From contig OZ024740.1 of NCBI GenBank assembly GCA_964016885.1, positions 57,846,001 through 57,910,000 on the forward strand: 64,000 bases of DNA, read 5' to 3'. Made by a program: the position numbers and the translations under genes. Shown piece after piece: positions 23,439-34,158 of the stretch (its first letter is position 1; every line of letters starts with the position of its first letter). The DNA comes from Eledone cirrhosa (lineage: Eukaryota). The notes below the pieces were generated by a model, which worked only from the letters and a program-made list of their open reading frames with translations, searched no databases and had not been told where the DNA came from.

Positions 23439-25256
23439 ATATCCAGTGCTTTTATCGAGAATGACACAGCTAGAGACTTATAGAATACTTAGCTGTGTAC
23501 AGGAACTGGTTTGAAAGAGCGGTTGCCGGTCCGGCAGAAATTAGAAATTGGAATAAATGCTCTGAAATAGCGATATATATGTGAATATAGACATAGAATA
23601 TTCGAAAATATTCTGTATGTTTATAATAAACATTTTGAAGACCTAATCGCTATAGAATAGAATACGTCACGTATTACAATTAGATTCTCGACAAAAGCAA
23701 GGGAAGTAATCTACGCGTTTCATTCTTATTAGAAATCTTCAGGACTACATATCCAGTGCTTTTATCGAGAATGACACAGCTAGAGACTTATAGAATACTT
23801 AGCTGTGTACAGGAACTGGTTTGAAAGAGCGGTTGCCGGTCCGGCAGAAATTAGAAATTGGAATAAATGCTCTGAAATAGCGATATATATGTGAATATAG
23901 ACATAGAATATTCGAAAATATTCTGTATGTTTATAATAAACATTTTGAAGACCTAATCGCTATAGAATAGAATACGTCACGTATTACAATTAGATTCTCG
24001 ACAAAAGCAAGGGAAGTAATCTACGCGTTTCATTCTTATTAGAAATCTTCAGGACTACATATCCAGTGCTTTTATCGAGAATGACACAGCTAGAGACTTA
24101 TAGAATACTTAGCTGTGTACAGGAACTGGTTTGAAAGAGCGGTTGCCGGTCCGGCAGAAATTAGAAATTGGAATAAATGCTCTGAAATAGCGATATATAT
24201 GTGAATATAGACATAGAATATTCGAAAATATTCTGTATGTTTATAATAAACATTTTGAAGACCTAATCGCTATAGAATAGAATACGTCACGTATTACAAT
24301 TAGATTCTCGACAAAAGCAAGGGAAGTAATCTACGCGTTTCATTCTTATTAGAAATCTTCAGGACTACATATCCAGTGCTTTTATCGAGAATGACACAGC
24401 TAGAGACTTATAGAATACTTAGCTGTGTGCAGGAACTGGTTTGAAAGAGCGGTTGCCGGTCCGGCAGAAATTAGAAATTGGAATAAATGCTCTGAAATAG
24501 CGATATATATGTGAATATAGACATAGAATATTCGAAAATATTCTGTATGTTTATAATAAACATTTTGAAGACCTAATCGCTATAGAATAGAATACGTCAC
24601 GTATTACAATTAGATTCTCGACAAAAGCAAGGGAAGTAATCTACGCGTTTCATTCTTATTAGAAATCTTCAGGACTACATATCCAGTGCTTTTATCGAGA
24701 ATGACACAGCTAGAGACTTATAGAATACTTAGCTGTGTACAGGAACTGGTTTGAAAGAGCGGTTGCCGGTCCGGCAGAAATTAGAAATTGGAATAAATGC
24801 TCTGAAATAGCGATATATATGTGAATATAGACATAGAATATTCGAAAATATTCTGTATGTTTATAATAAACATTTTGAAGACCTAATCGCTATAGAATAG
24901 AATACGTCACGTATTACAATTAGATTCTCGACAAACGCAAGGGAAGTAATCTACGCGTTTCATTCTTATTAGAAATCTTCAGGACTACATATCCAGTGCT
25001 TTTATCGAGAATGACACAGCTAGAGACTTATAGAATACTTAGCTGTGTACAGGAACTGGTTTGAAAGAGCGGTTGCCGGTCCGGCAGAAATTAGAAATTG
25101 GAATAAATGCTCACATATATATCGCTATTTCAGAGCATTTATTCCAATTTCTAATTTCTGCCGGACCGGCAACCGCTCTTTCAAACCAGTTCCTGTACAC
25201 AGCTAAGTATTCTATAAGTCTCTAGCTGTGTCATTCTCGATAAAAGCACTGGATAT

Positions 25257-25299
25257 GTAGTCCTGAAGATTTCTAATAAGAATGAAACGCGTAGATTAC
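25257..25299 (+). ncRNA. Minimal type I hammerhead ribozyme (further plus-strand copies at 25567-25609 and 25876-25918)
   Basis: Helix I gtagtc/gattac. Core CUGAAGA 25263-25269. Helix II ttct-aata-agaa. GAAA 25284-25287. Palindromic helix III ACGCGT. Predicted cleavage after GUA (25293). Confidence 0.82.
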
Positions 25300-26310
25300 T
25301 TCCCTTGCTTTTGTCGAGAATCTAATTGTAATACGTGACGTATTCTATTCTATAGCGATTAGGTCTTCAAAATGTTTATTATAAACATACAGAATATTTT
25401 CGAATATTCTATGTCTATATTCACATATATATCGCTATTTCAGAGCATTTATTCCAATTTCTAATTTCTGCCGGACCGGCAACCGCTCTTTCAAACCAGT
25501 TCCTGTACACAGCTAAGTATTCTATAAGTCTCTAGCTGTGTCATTCTCGATAAAAGCACTGGATATGTAGTCCTGAAGATTTCTAATAAGAATGAAACGC
25601 GTAGATTACTCCCTTGCTTTTGTCGAGAATCTAATTGTAATACGTGACGTATTCTATTCTATAGCGATTAGGTCTTCAAAATGTTTATTATAAACATACA
25701 GAATATTTTCGAATATTCTATGTCTATATTCACATATATATCGCTATTTCAGAGCATTTATTCCAATTTCTAATTTCTGCCGGACCGGCAACCGCTCTTT
25801 CAAACCAGTTCCTGTACACACCTAAGTATTCTATAAGTCTCTAGCTGTGTCATTCTCGATAAAAGCACTGGATATGTAGTCCTGAAGATTTCTAATAAGA
25901 ATGAAACGCGTAGATTACTTCCCTTGCTTTTGTCGAGAATCTAATTGTAATACGTGACGTATTCTATTCTATAGCGATTAGGTCTTCAAAATGTTTATTA
26001 TAAACATACAGAATATTTTCGAATATTCTATGTCTATATTCACATATATATATATATATATATATATATGTGGTGAAACAAACTTAATTCGTATCAGCAA
26101 ACTTATAGTTATAGGTTAGTAATTTAAAATCTACTTCAGAGATAGGATTCTGACTTAGGTTTTTTTCTATTTAATTGCTAAACCTGTAGATATTGTTTTC
26201 TATACAGTAACGGTAAAAATCACTTGTAATAATTCTTTACACACATTTCACTGTGTAACACACTTCTATTTGTGTAATATATTTGTATAAATATATATAT
26301 ATGTGTGTGT

Positions 26311-26762
26311 GAAGGCACATGACTTAGTGGTTAGAGCATTGGGCTTGCAATCGAAATGTTGTGAGTTGAATTCTCGGATTGGGTGATGTGTTGTTTCCTT
26401 GAGCAAGACACTTTATTTCACATTGCTCCAGTTTACTCAGCTGTAGAAATGAGATGATAGGACTGGGGTCCCTATCATTCCACTGCAAAGTCGTCGTGGA
26501 GGTGCCACGGCAAAAAAGCACCCAGTCCACACTGTAAAGTGGACGTGTAGACACCACAGATAAAAAAGCACCCAGCACTCACTCTAAATGAGGTTGGTGT
26601 GTTAGGAAGGGCATCCAGCTGTAGAAACCAAGCCAAAATCAGTTCCTGTATGAGCAAGGCATGGTCAGCCGACCAGACACTGCCCACAACAGGACAACCC
26701 GTCTAACCCATGCAAGCGTGGAAGAACGGACGTAAAATGGTGATGATGATGATGATGATGAT
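26311..26762 (+). mobile_element. tRNA-head/CORE-like SINE joined to an RTE 3' UTR with (GAT)n tail
   Basis: A-box-like tgacttagtggtta and B-box-like gagttgaattc. CORE-like ccttgagcaagacacttta. ~26490-26762 is nearly the reverse complement of 14499-14870. Confidence 0.8.
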
Positions 26763-26787
26763 ATATATATATATGTGTGTGTGTGAG

Positions 26788-27106
26788 TGTGTGTTATGTA
26801 TTTCCATAGAAAAGGTAAAGGAAAGAAGAGTTCTCTATGTATAGTACAGAGCTATTTAATTATGTAATAAACAACACAATATAATTATTCCATTACCCAA
26901 GGTTTCATGAAGTTAGACGATTCTAACAGAAACGTCCAGTTCGTTCATCCCGAACTGGACGTTTCTGTTAGAATCGTCTAACTTCATGAAAACTTGGGTA
27001 ATGGAATAATTATATTGTGTTGTTTATTACATAATTAAATAGCTCTGTACTATACATAGAGAACTCTTCTTTCCTTTACCTTTTCTATGGAAATACATAA
27101 CACACA
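26788..27106. repeat. Near-perfect 156-bp-arm palindrome with a 7-nt loop
   Basis: Arms 26788-26943 and 26951-27106, loop ttcatcc, one mismatch seen. Confidence 0.95.
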
Positions 27107-27225
27107 AGAAGAAGAAGAAGAAGAAGAAGAAGAAGAAGAAGAAGAAGAAGAAGAAGAAGAAGAAGAAGAAGAAGAAGAAGAAGAAGAAGAAGAAGAAGAA
27201 GAAGAAGAAAAAGAAGAAGAAGAAG
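27107..27225. repeat. (GAA)n microsatellite, ~39 units
   Basis: Direct reading. Confidence 0.97.
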
Positions 27226-29059
27226 TTGGCTGTGTTCATACCTGGAGATGATGGGCTCTGCCAGGTTTAAAAAGAAATGCCTAAAATCTGCTGTATATCA
27301 CAATGGCACCCCTATGACTTCATCATGAGTTCAGGGTCTAAAGACCGTGGAAATAATATTCAAAATGTATAACAGAAATAATATATATACATAATGTATA
27401 TATATATAAGACTGTATATTTTATAAACTTCTGTAGAAACTTCTATAATATATTGTAAGAAAGAACTTGATATATAGGTGCTTCTTATATTATAATCTTT
27501 TACCAAGAATATCTTTGATTATTTATTCAAGTTGTTGTTTAGGTTTATTCAAGTTAATTTTATCTATCACAGACTTGTATCTATTGTATCTGAAATCAAT
27601 GTTTATAAGAATATTTCCATAGACTTATCAAAAACTGATCCTGGCAAAATATGTTACTTATCTAAATACACAACATCATCTATTTTTGTATTTTTCCTTT
27701 GCCTGTGAAATAAACCTTTGTTATCTCTAAGCTTAAAATATTGTTAAGCTGTGCAGTATATATATATACTTTGGCTTAATTCACTACCAAGGTCAGACTT
27801 ACAACTATTTCTCTCAGCGATGCAATATGTTTCATGCTAGAAAGAATAATGGTGTTTACAGAGATTTAACCCATTACACCAGCTTATTGAGGAAGAGCTA
27901 GTTAATACTGCTTATGATATTAACTTAGTGTGTGTAGCTAAGACGTTATTCAAAGAAATAAATGAAATAAACATGTTTTTCCTTTAAAATCTTACATGCT
28001 AATAAATTGGTGATGCATAAGTGCAAAAACACTAACATTCTTTTGCTTATTTAAGAATATTCAGATACATCTATAGCTATTTAGGTGGTTGTAATTTGAA
28101 GCTGATCTTTAACATAAAATGAAAAAGTATCTTTTAATTTTGAAATGTAAAAGAGCGGAAAGTTTTGAAAAATCTTCTATTACTGAATTACTTTATATAA
28201 AATGGTTCTCCTATTACAAAATCATGGAGTGACAGTAATCAAATTTATTATTTAATTATGTGCTTAAACATAATTCTGTAATAAGCAACTGATTGTATGT
28301 GACTTCAATTTATTGATAAAGACAATAAATTAATTTTCTTTATTACATAAGAAAATTTGTAATTGATATATCTTAAAAATTTAATCAACAAATAGTCCTT
28401 GGTGATGTATTAAAACAGGAAGCTATTATGAGCTAAGGAAATTACTTAAAGCTGGTGATTTATATTGGTGAATTAATGGTAGCAGTTAATTATTAATTCT
28501 CAGTGAAGGGAATTATTCTCATAAGTCTTTCAATACATGAAAGCTAATAAAATGAGAGAGAAATAAGAAATCTTTTAAAATAAGCTCTAAGATAATTCTA
28601 GAACATCTATTTGTTATTTTTTTATATCAAGAATCTTGTAAAATATGTAAGTGTATAAAACTGTTGCATAGCATTGTCTTTCTATAGAAGACTGGGTACC
28701 CTATCCGGTGGGATATTTACCATACATCTGTTCAGAACCCACATTTTCTACAGGGTTGGTGAGTTGGAGGTGCATATCTTATGCAAAATGGAGAAGCTTC
28801 TCATGGGGTGCACATGGTAAACCCTTGCTTTAGCAAATGTTTGTTGTTGGAATTTAAACTCAAGTATCATAATATAAAGTTTGTTTTGTTTAAGTACCCT
28901 AATAAGTTTAAGTCTGTGTCGATCATAAATCAAATAAATAGGATTTTAAATTTTAGAACATTAAAGCATTGTATAAATAATGTACAGGGCTGAAACACTT
29001 GCTTGAGGGTGGGGGGTTCTCTGAAGACCTTCTCCTGAGTTTCTTATCACTGAGTCTTT

Positions 29060-29205
29060 AAATTCTGAGTTCAAATTCAACCAAGGACAACTTTGTCTGT
29101 CATCCTTCTGGGGTCAATGAAATAAAGTACCAGTCAAGTACTAATATCGATTTAATTGAATATTCTCTCTTTCAAAATGTTTGGCTTTCTGCCAATGTTA
29201 GAAAT
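29060..29205 (+). mobile_element. tRNA-derived SINE copy
   Basis: ctgagttcaaatt...catccttctggggtcaatgaaataaagtaccagtcaagtact. Confidence 0.7.
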
Positions 29206-29650
29206 AAATACAATTTCAAGTAAGAATGTATTATTTAGCTAAATGGCTTTTCTAGAACCATTTCTTGGAATCACTGTCTACAACATGAACATTTATTTTT
29301 CCTCCTTATCTACTCTATAACAGATTTCCTAGATTTTGATCAGCTGATACTGTTTTCCTTCTAGTATTTCTTATAACATTTTGGTGCTTATTACATTAAA
29401 TATATTAACACTAAAGTAACTATTGTTTTTCATGCAGAAGACCTCTCTGTACAATATAGCCTCAGTAATATGTTTTTTAATATACTAATTTTTTTCACTT
29501 ACTCATGTACAAATTTGCATATCTAGTTAATGATTTTATACATCATTATTTTAATAGTATGGTAAAGTCTATGCTTCACTGAGGAAGTTTAATAATATCA
29601 AAACATTCCTAGAGTTGTCTCCCATATATGCTCAAGGGGTTAAAATAATT

Positions 29651-29832
29651 GTTTCTACATTAGGCACAAGGTCAGCAATTACTCAGTGCATTACTGGTAC
29701 TTTATTTTATCGACCCCGTAAGGATGAAAGGCAAAGTCAACCTCGGCGGGATTTGAACTCAGATCGTAAAGGGACATAACTATGCTGGAAAGCATGGCGT
29801 CTGACCCTCTACCGATACTGCCAATCCACCCT
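29651..29832 (-). mobile_element. tRNA-derived SINE copy
   Basis: Complete version of the fragment at 111-186. Confidence 0.78.
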
Positions 29833-29883
29833 AATGATGTTTTTGCATTACTGCATAAGCATTTCTTATTAGATTTTTGATGT

Positions 29884-30070
29884 TCATCATCATTAGTGTT
29901 TTACACCCATTTTCCATATTGGCATGGGCTGGACGGGTTGTCATGATCTGAGACTAGATGTGTCTGAGGATCACATCTTGCTCATAAGCTCCATTTTGGT
30001 ATGATTTCTATGGCTGGATACTCTTCTTAATGTCACACCACATTACAGAATATACTAGATGCATTTTATC
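29884..30070 (-). mobile_element. RTE-type tail repeat interrupted by CR1 (continues ~31100-31260 as ~45-bp imperfect repeats)
   Basis: catcatcat...ggcatgggctggacgg...gatttctatggctggatactcttct. The motif ttacagaatatacta recurs on the far side of the CR1. Confidence 0.6.
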
Positions 30071-31099
30071 ATAATAATAATAATGAAATTATTGTGTACA
30101 GTGCTCAGGTGCTCTACAACTCATCAAAGGTGCATGTATAGTACATAGAATAATGTACAAATGTCAGGAAAATAAACAGTGTATGAGTCATGATATAATA
30201 ACAATAACGAAATATTGTGCACAGTGCCCAGGTGCACCACAACTCATCAAAAAAGTGCATGTACAGTACATAGGGCAATGCACAAACATCAGTAAAATGA
30301 ACAGTGCACGAGTCATGATACACACATGTGTGCATGTGTATGGAAGGGGTACATCAGGTGTAGTTTTGGCGTATTTTGGGAAGCATGAGTGTCTTAAAGG
30401 ATGCAGTGTCTCGGCAGCTAACAATTGACGCAGGCAGTTTGTTCCATGCTTCAGCAACTCTGAGCGTGAAAAAATGTCTGCGAAAGTCATGGGAGCTGTG
30501 CTGTTTTCTTATCTTGTAGGCATGTCCACGTGTGTTAGACACATGGAGATCAAAGAGGCGCTCAGGGTTGCAGTTGGCGAGATGGTTAAAAACTTTGTGG
30601 GTATTCACCAAGTCCATTGCCAGACGTCGGAGCTTCAATGAATCCATGCCCAGGGAAGCAAGGCGTTCAGAGTATGGTAGGTGTCTGATGGAGGGTATGC
30701 GCTTGGTTGCACGTCTCTGAACAGTTTCCAGGAGGTCAATGTTCCGAGCAAGATAGGGGTTCCAGACTGATGATGCGAATTCCAAGTGTGGTCGCACCAT
30801 AGCTGTATACAGTTTTAAATAGATGGCTGGAGAGCGGCTAACAAAGGTCTTGCTGAGTGATGCCAAGACACCCTCGGCCTTCTTGACAATCTTAGAGACA
30901 TGCTTTGTCCAACGCAAATCGTTGCTGACAGTAATGCCCAGGTCACGTTCACAAGAGGACTTTTTGATGTCAGTGTTGTGGAGGGAGTATGTAGACGCTG
31001 GATTTTTCCTTCAAAATGCATGGTGGTACACTTGTCCACAGCCAGCTTCAGTTGCCAGTCTGTGATCCATTGCTGCATTGTGTCCAGGTCTGATTGTAG
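30071..31099 (-). mobile_element. 5'-truncated CR1-clade LINE with a duplicated 3' terminus
   Basis: WQLKLAVDKC...[20 protein letters not shown]...[14 protein letters not shown]. The terminal ~120 bp is present twice. Confidence 0.92.
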
Positions 31100-32569
31100 G
31101 CACCAGCACTACCATTTTACAGAATATACTATGTACATTTTATTGTAGCACCAGTACTACCAATTTATAGTGTGTATTAGGCCCATTTTATTGTAGTACC
31201 AGCACATCCACTTTATAGTATGCATTAGACAGATTTTATTGAGGCACTAATACTACCAAACACAGATTATTTTAATTATAATTTTGATGAGTTACTTTCC
31301 TCTAGCCTGAGAATTCACAACTCTCTGTCCTATCATACTGGGAGTACAACAAAAAACTAAAGTATAAAAATAAATGGCTTCAATGCTTGCTGAATGCTTG
31401 ACATTTGAATATGTTGAAGCCATTTAGGTAAAAAAAAAAAAGATTCAAGACAAGCATAAGTAATTCTGGTTCAAGTAAATAGCCATTATGTCTATCTTTA
31501 ATTCATTCTTTTCTTGTTACTTGAATCTATTACAAGATCATTAACATTTATAGAGAAGAACCAAACCATAACTTTCAAAAGAAACTTGAAACCAAGAGGT
31601 GTTTTATCTACATAGCTGTTATCATCATTTTATATCTGCATTTCTATGCTTGCATGGGTTCGACAGATCCTTTCCAGCATAGCCTTCCTCCACTGCCCAG
31701 TTTTTTCTTAGTCTTCTTTAACTGCAGCTTCATTCCACTGACTTCACCTGGTACATCTTCATTCAGTGACCATCGTCCATATATATCATATGTCCATATT
31801 AGTGCAACCTTTTCTAGGACACTGCATCTCATTCCTCTCATACAAGTTTTTATCTCAGTTAATCCACACCCCATTGTTCATGTACATTAACTAAGATTAC
31901 ATATCCAACAAAGCTGTGTGCTTGAGAAATTCCTTTTGCAACCACATTGTTCCTGGTTCCATTCCACCACTTGACATCCTGAACAGAATGGCTCTTCAAG
32001 AGTGTCTCCCTTACCATCCTCCGGGGAAACGCCTTCTCCATTCTGTCCGCCGGGGCTGTGGGGTGGCCAGCACGTGGGACCCCATTTGCTCACCATACAG
32101 AGAGATGGGGAGGGCAAGAGAGATGGGGGCAATGTCGGTGGGAGTTCGGCTCTTCCGTGTTCAGACACATTGCACCTGTCACGTGGATCATGTGATAATT
32201 TCACTATAAAACGCAAATGTCTTATGAATGGACTTTAGTAGATGGAAACCATGGTGAAGCCTGTCATATATTTAGTATATAAGGAAACTAAAAAAATTTT
32301 CCAAGGGTGCTTTCTGCATTAAAACACATGTAGTTAAGTGTAGATTGTCATACTTGATCAGTTCCACAGAAGAATGAAATACATAGTCAACTTCAGTGAG
32401 ACTTGAATTCAGAATAGAAACAGAGATAACTAAATTCTGTAAAATATATTTAATTGTTGCTCTACTAATTATATCACTCTGCATCCCCTTTTTCCAAAAT
32501 TCCACATGGCATTGTGTCTGACGTTCTACTGATTCAGTTAGCTAACATCTTCTTAGACAATATAGGAAT

Positions 32570-32957
32570 AATTCATTCATTCATTCTGCCCTATCGCTCA
32601 CTGTGGAGCATAGGCCATTGACACCCTCTGCCATCATACACAATCTTGAGCGGCTCTCACCACTCCACTCCAGTTGGTTTCCAATTTTCTTAATTCAACC
32701 TCAATGTCATGCCTCCAGCTGCCATGGGGATAGGCTCTCTTTCTCTTACCCTGTGGGGTCCAGGTCAGGCCTTGGTGTGTGGTGTTGGATGCTGGTTTCC
32801 AGAGAGTATGTCCAATCTAACTCCACTTTTTTCGCAGTACTTTCTTTGCCACTGGCTCCTGTCCCACCTGCTCCCATAGATTTTCATTTCTGATCTTTTC
32901 AGGCCATTTGATGTTGATGTGCCTCAGAGAGGTGTTGAAGAATGTCTGGATCTTCAA
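32570..32957 (-). mobile_element. Degenerate 3' fragment of a second RTE family
   Basis: Minus strand gives IGHTLWKPASNTTHQGLTWTPQGKRKR, matching the RTE C-terminal WIGHTLRK...WNPQGKRKRGRP pattern. (ATGA)n tail. Confidence 0.75.
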
Positions 32958-33159
32958 TTAACCCCTAATATCCCATTATGATTTAGCTGAAAAAAAATGT
33001 AAAATTGAGTTTATTAATTGAAATATTTATAGTATTTTTACTAGTGGGCATATTGCAGTTAAAATTTTTTAGTAAACTAAAGACCAGACTAATTTTTAAT
33101 GTTATACAATCACATTGGTATTTTGTATTTTTCAAGAATGCCTTGCTTATGTGGTTTGA

Positions 33160-33350
33160 TGCAACTCAGTACTTGATTAGTACTTTATTTTGTAAGACCT
33201 CAGAAGCATAAAAAACAAAATCAACTATGATGGAATTTGAACTCAGACCATAAGATGTTGCCCAGGGCTAGGAATATTTCAGAAGAGTACATTACTTGAT
33301 TGGCACTTATTTTATCTATACTGGGATTCCAGTGAGATTTGAACTCAGAC
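33160..33350 (-). mobile_element. Degenerate SINE fragments
   Basis: agtacttgattagtactttatttt...atttgaactcaga occurs twice. Confidence 0.5.
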
Positions 33351-34158
33351 TGATAAAAAAAAATAGTTGTCTGCACTTATAGACAATAATGATATTAGTT
33401 TTTTTAACATTGGCACATGGCCACATATTTGTTGGAGGAGAGAATTGTCAATTTAATAGACTTCAGTACATGATGGCTGCTACAAATTTCTACTTATTTT
33501 TCTTCTGTTTCTTCTTTGTTTTCTTCTCCCTTGTCGTCTTCATTTTCCTCTTTGCCTCTTCTTTCTTCTTGTCTTCTTCATTTTCTTTCACTTTCTTCTC
33601 TTTTTTCTTCTTAATCTACATTCACCCTTCTGTTATTCTTCTTTTTTCTATTATAATTTCATTCACATCTAAGATATATCATATCGCATCACTATGATAC
33701 ATCTTAGATGTATATCAACACTTTCATTAACATATCGCTGATAAAATATATATGTATGAATTTTTGTTTATCTTCTTAAAAAATAATTGAAAATTTGGAA
33801 TAATTTAATAAAATAACTAACGTTTTCAGTATATAAGTTGACATAATATCAAAATTTATTTTAATTTAAATTAAATTCTAATCTATTTTAGATATGAGCA
33901 ATTTAAAATGGACAGTTTTGAGGTGTAAACCTAGAGATTGTCTATAGGGTGAGTTAAATGTACCCCAGCACATGACTGGTACTTTATTTTGTTTGATGCT
34001 TTAATGATTCTGTCAATTCACCAGTTATAGAGGAACCAATGTAAATAATAGTTTCTAACATAGACACAGCGCCATGATGATGATGATGATGATAGTGATT
34101 ATGTTTTAGTAAAGGAGGAAAAGACAATATCCATGACACTTTCATGGCCTCTCAGATA

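Larger units (their letters stand above)
23238..26044. mobile_element. Retrozyme-like (Penelope pLTR-like) array: nine 310-bp monomers, 6 on - then 3 on +, each with a hammerhead ribozyme
   Basis: gaataaatgc recurs at 23241, 23551, 23861, 24171, 24481, 24791 and 25101. Inversion point at 25111-25112. Inverted units start at 25111, 25421 and 25730. No ORF of 60 aa or more. (TA)n flanks on both sides. Confidence 0.85.

Noticed and set aside
27027-27239. Poly-Phe ORF (also YI-rich and F-rich ORFs at 12927, 23025, 33389)
   Set aside because: Translations of microsatellite or low-complexity sequence.
31640-32240. GC-richer patch with overlapping short ORFs
   Set aside because: No recognisable domain. 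Probably decayed retroelement sequence that I cannot assign.
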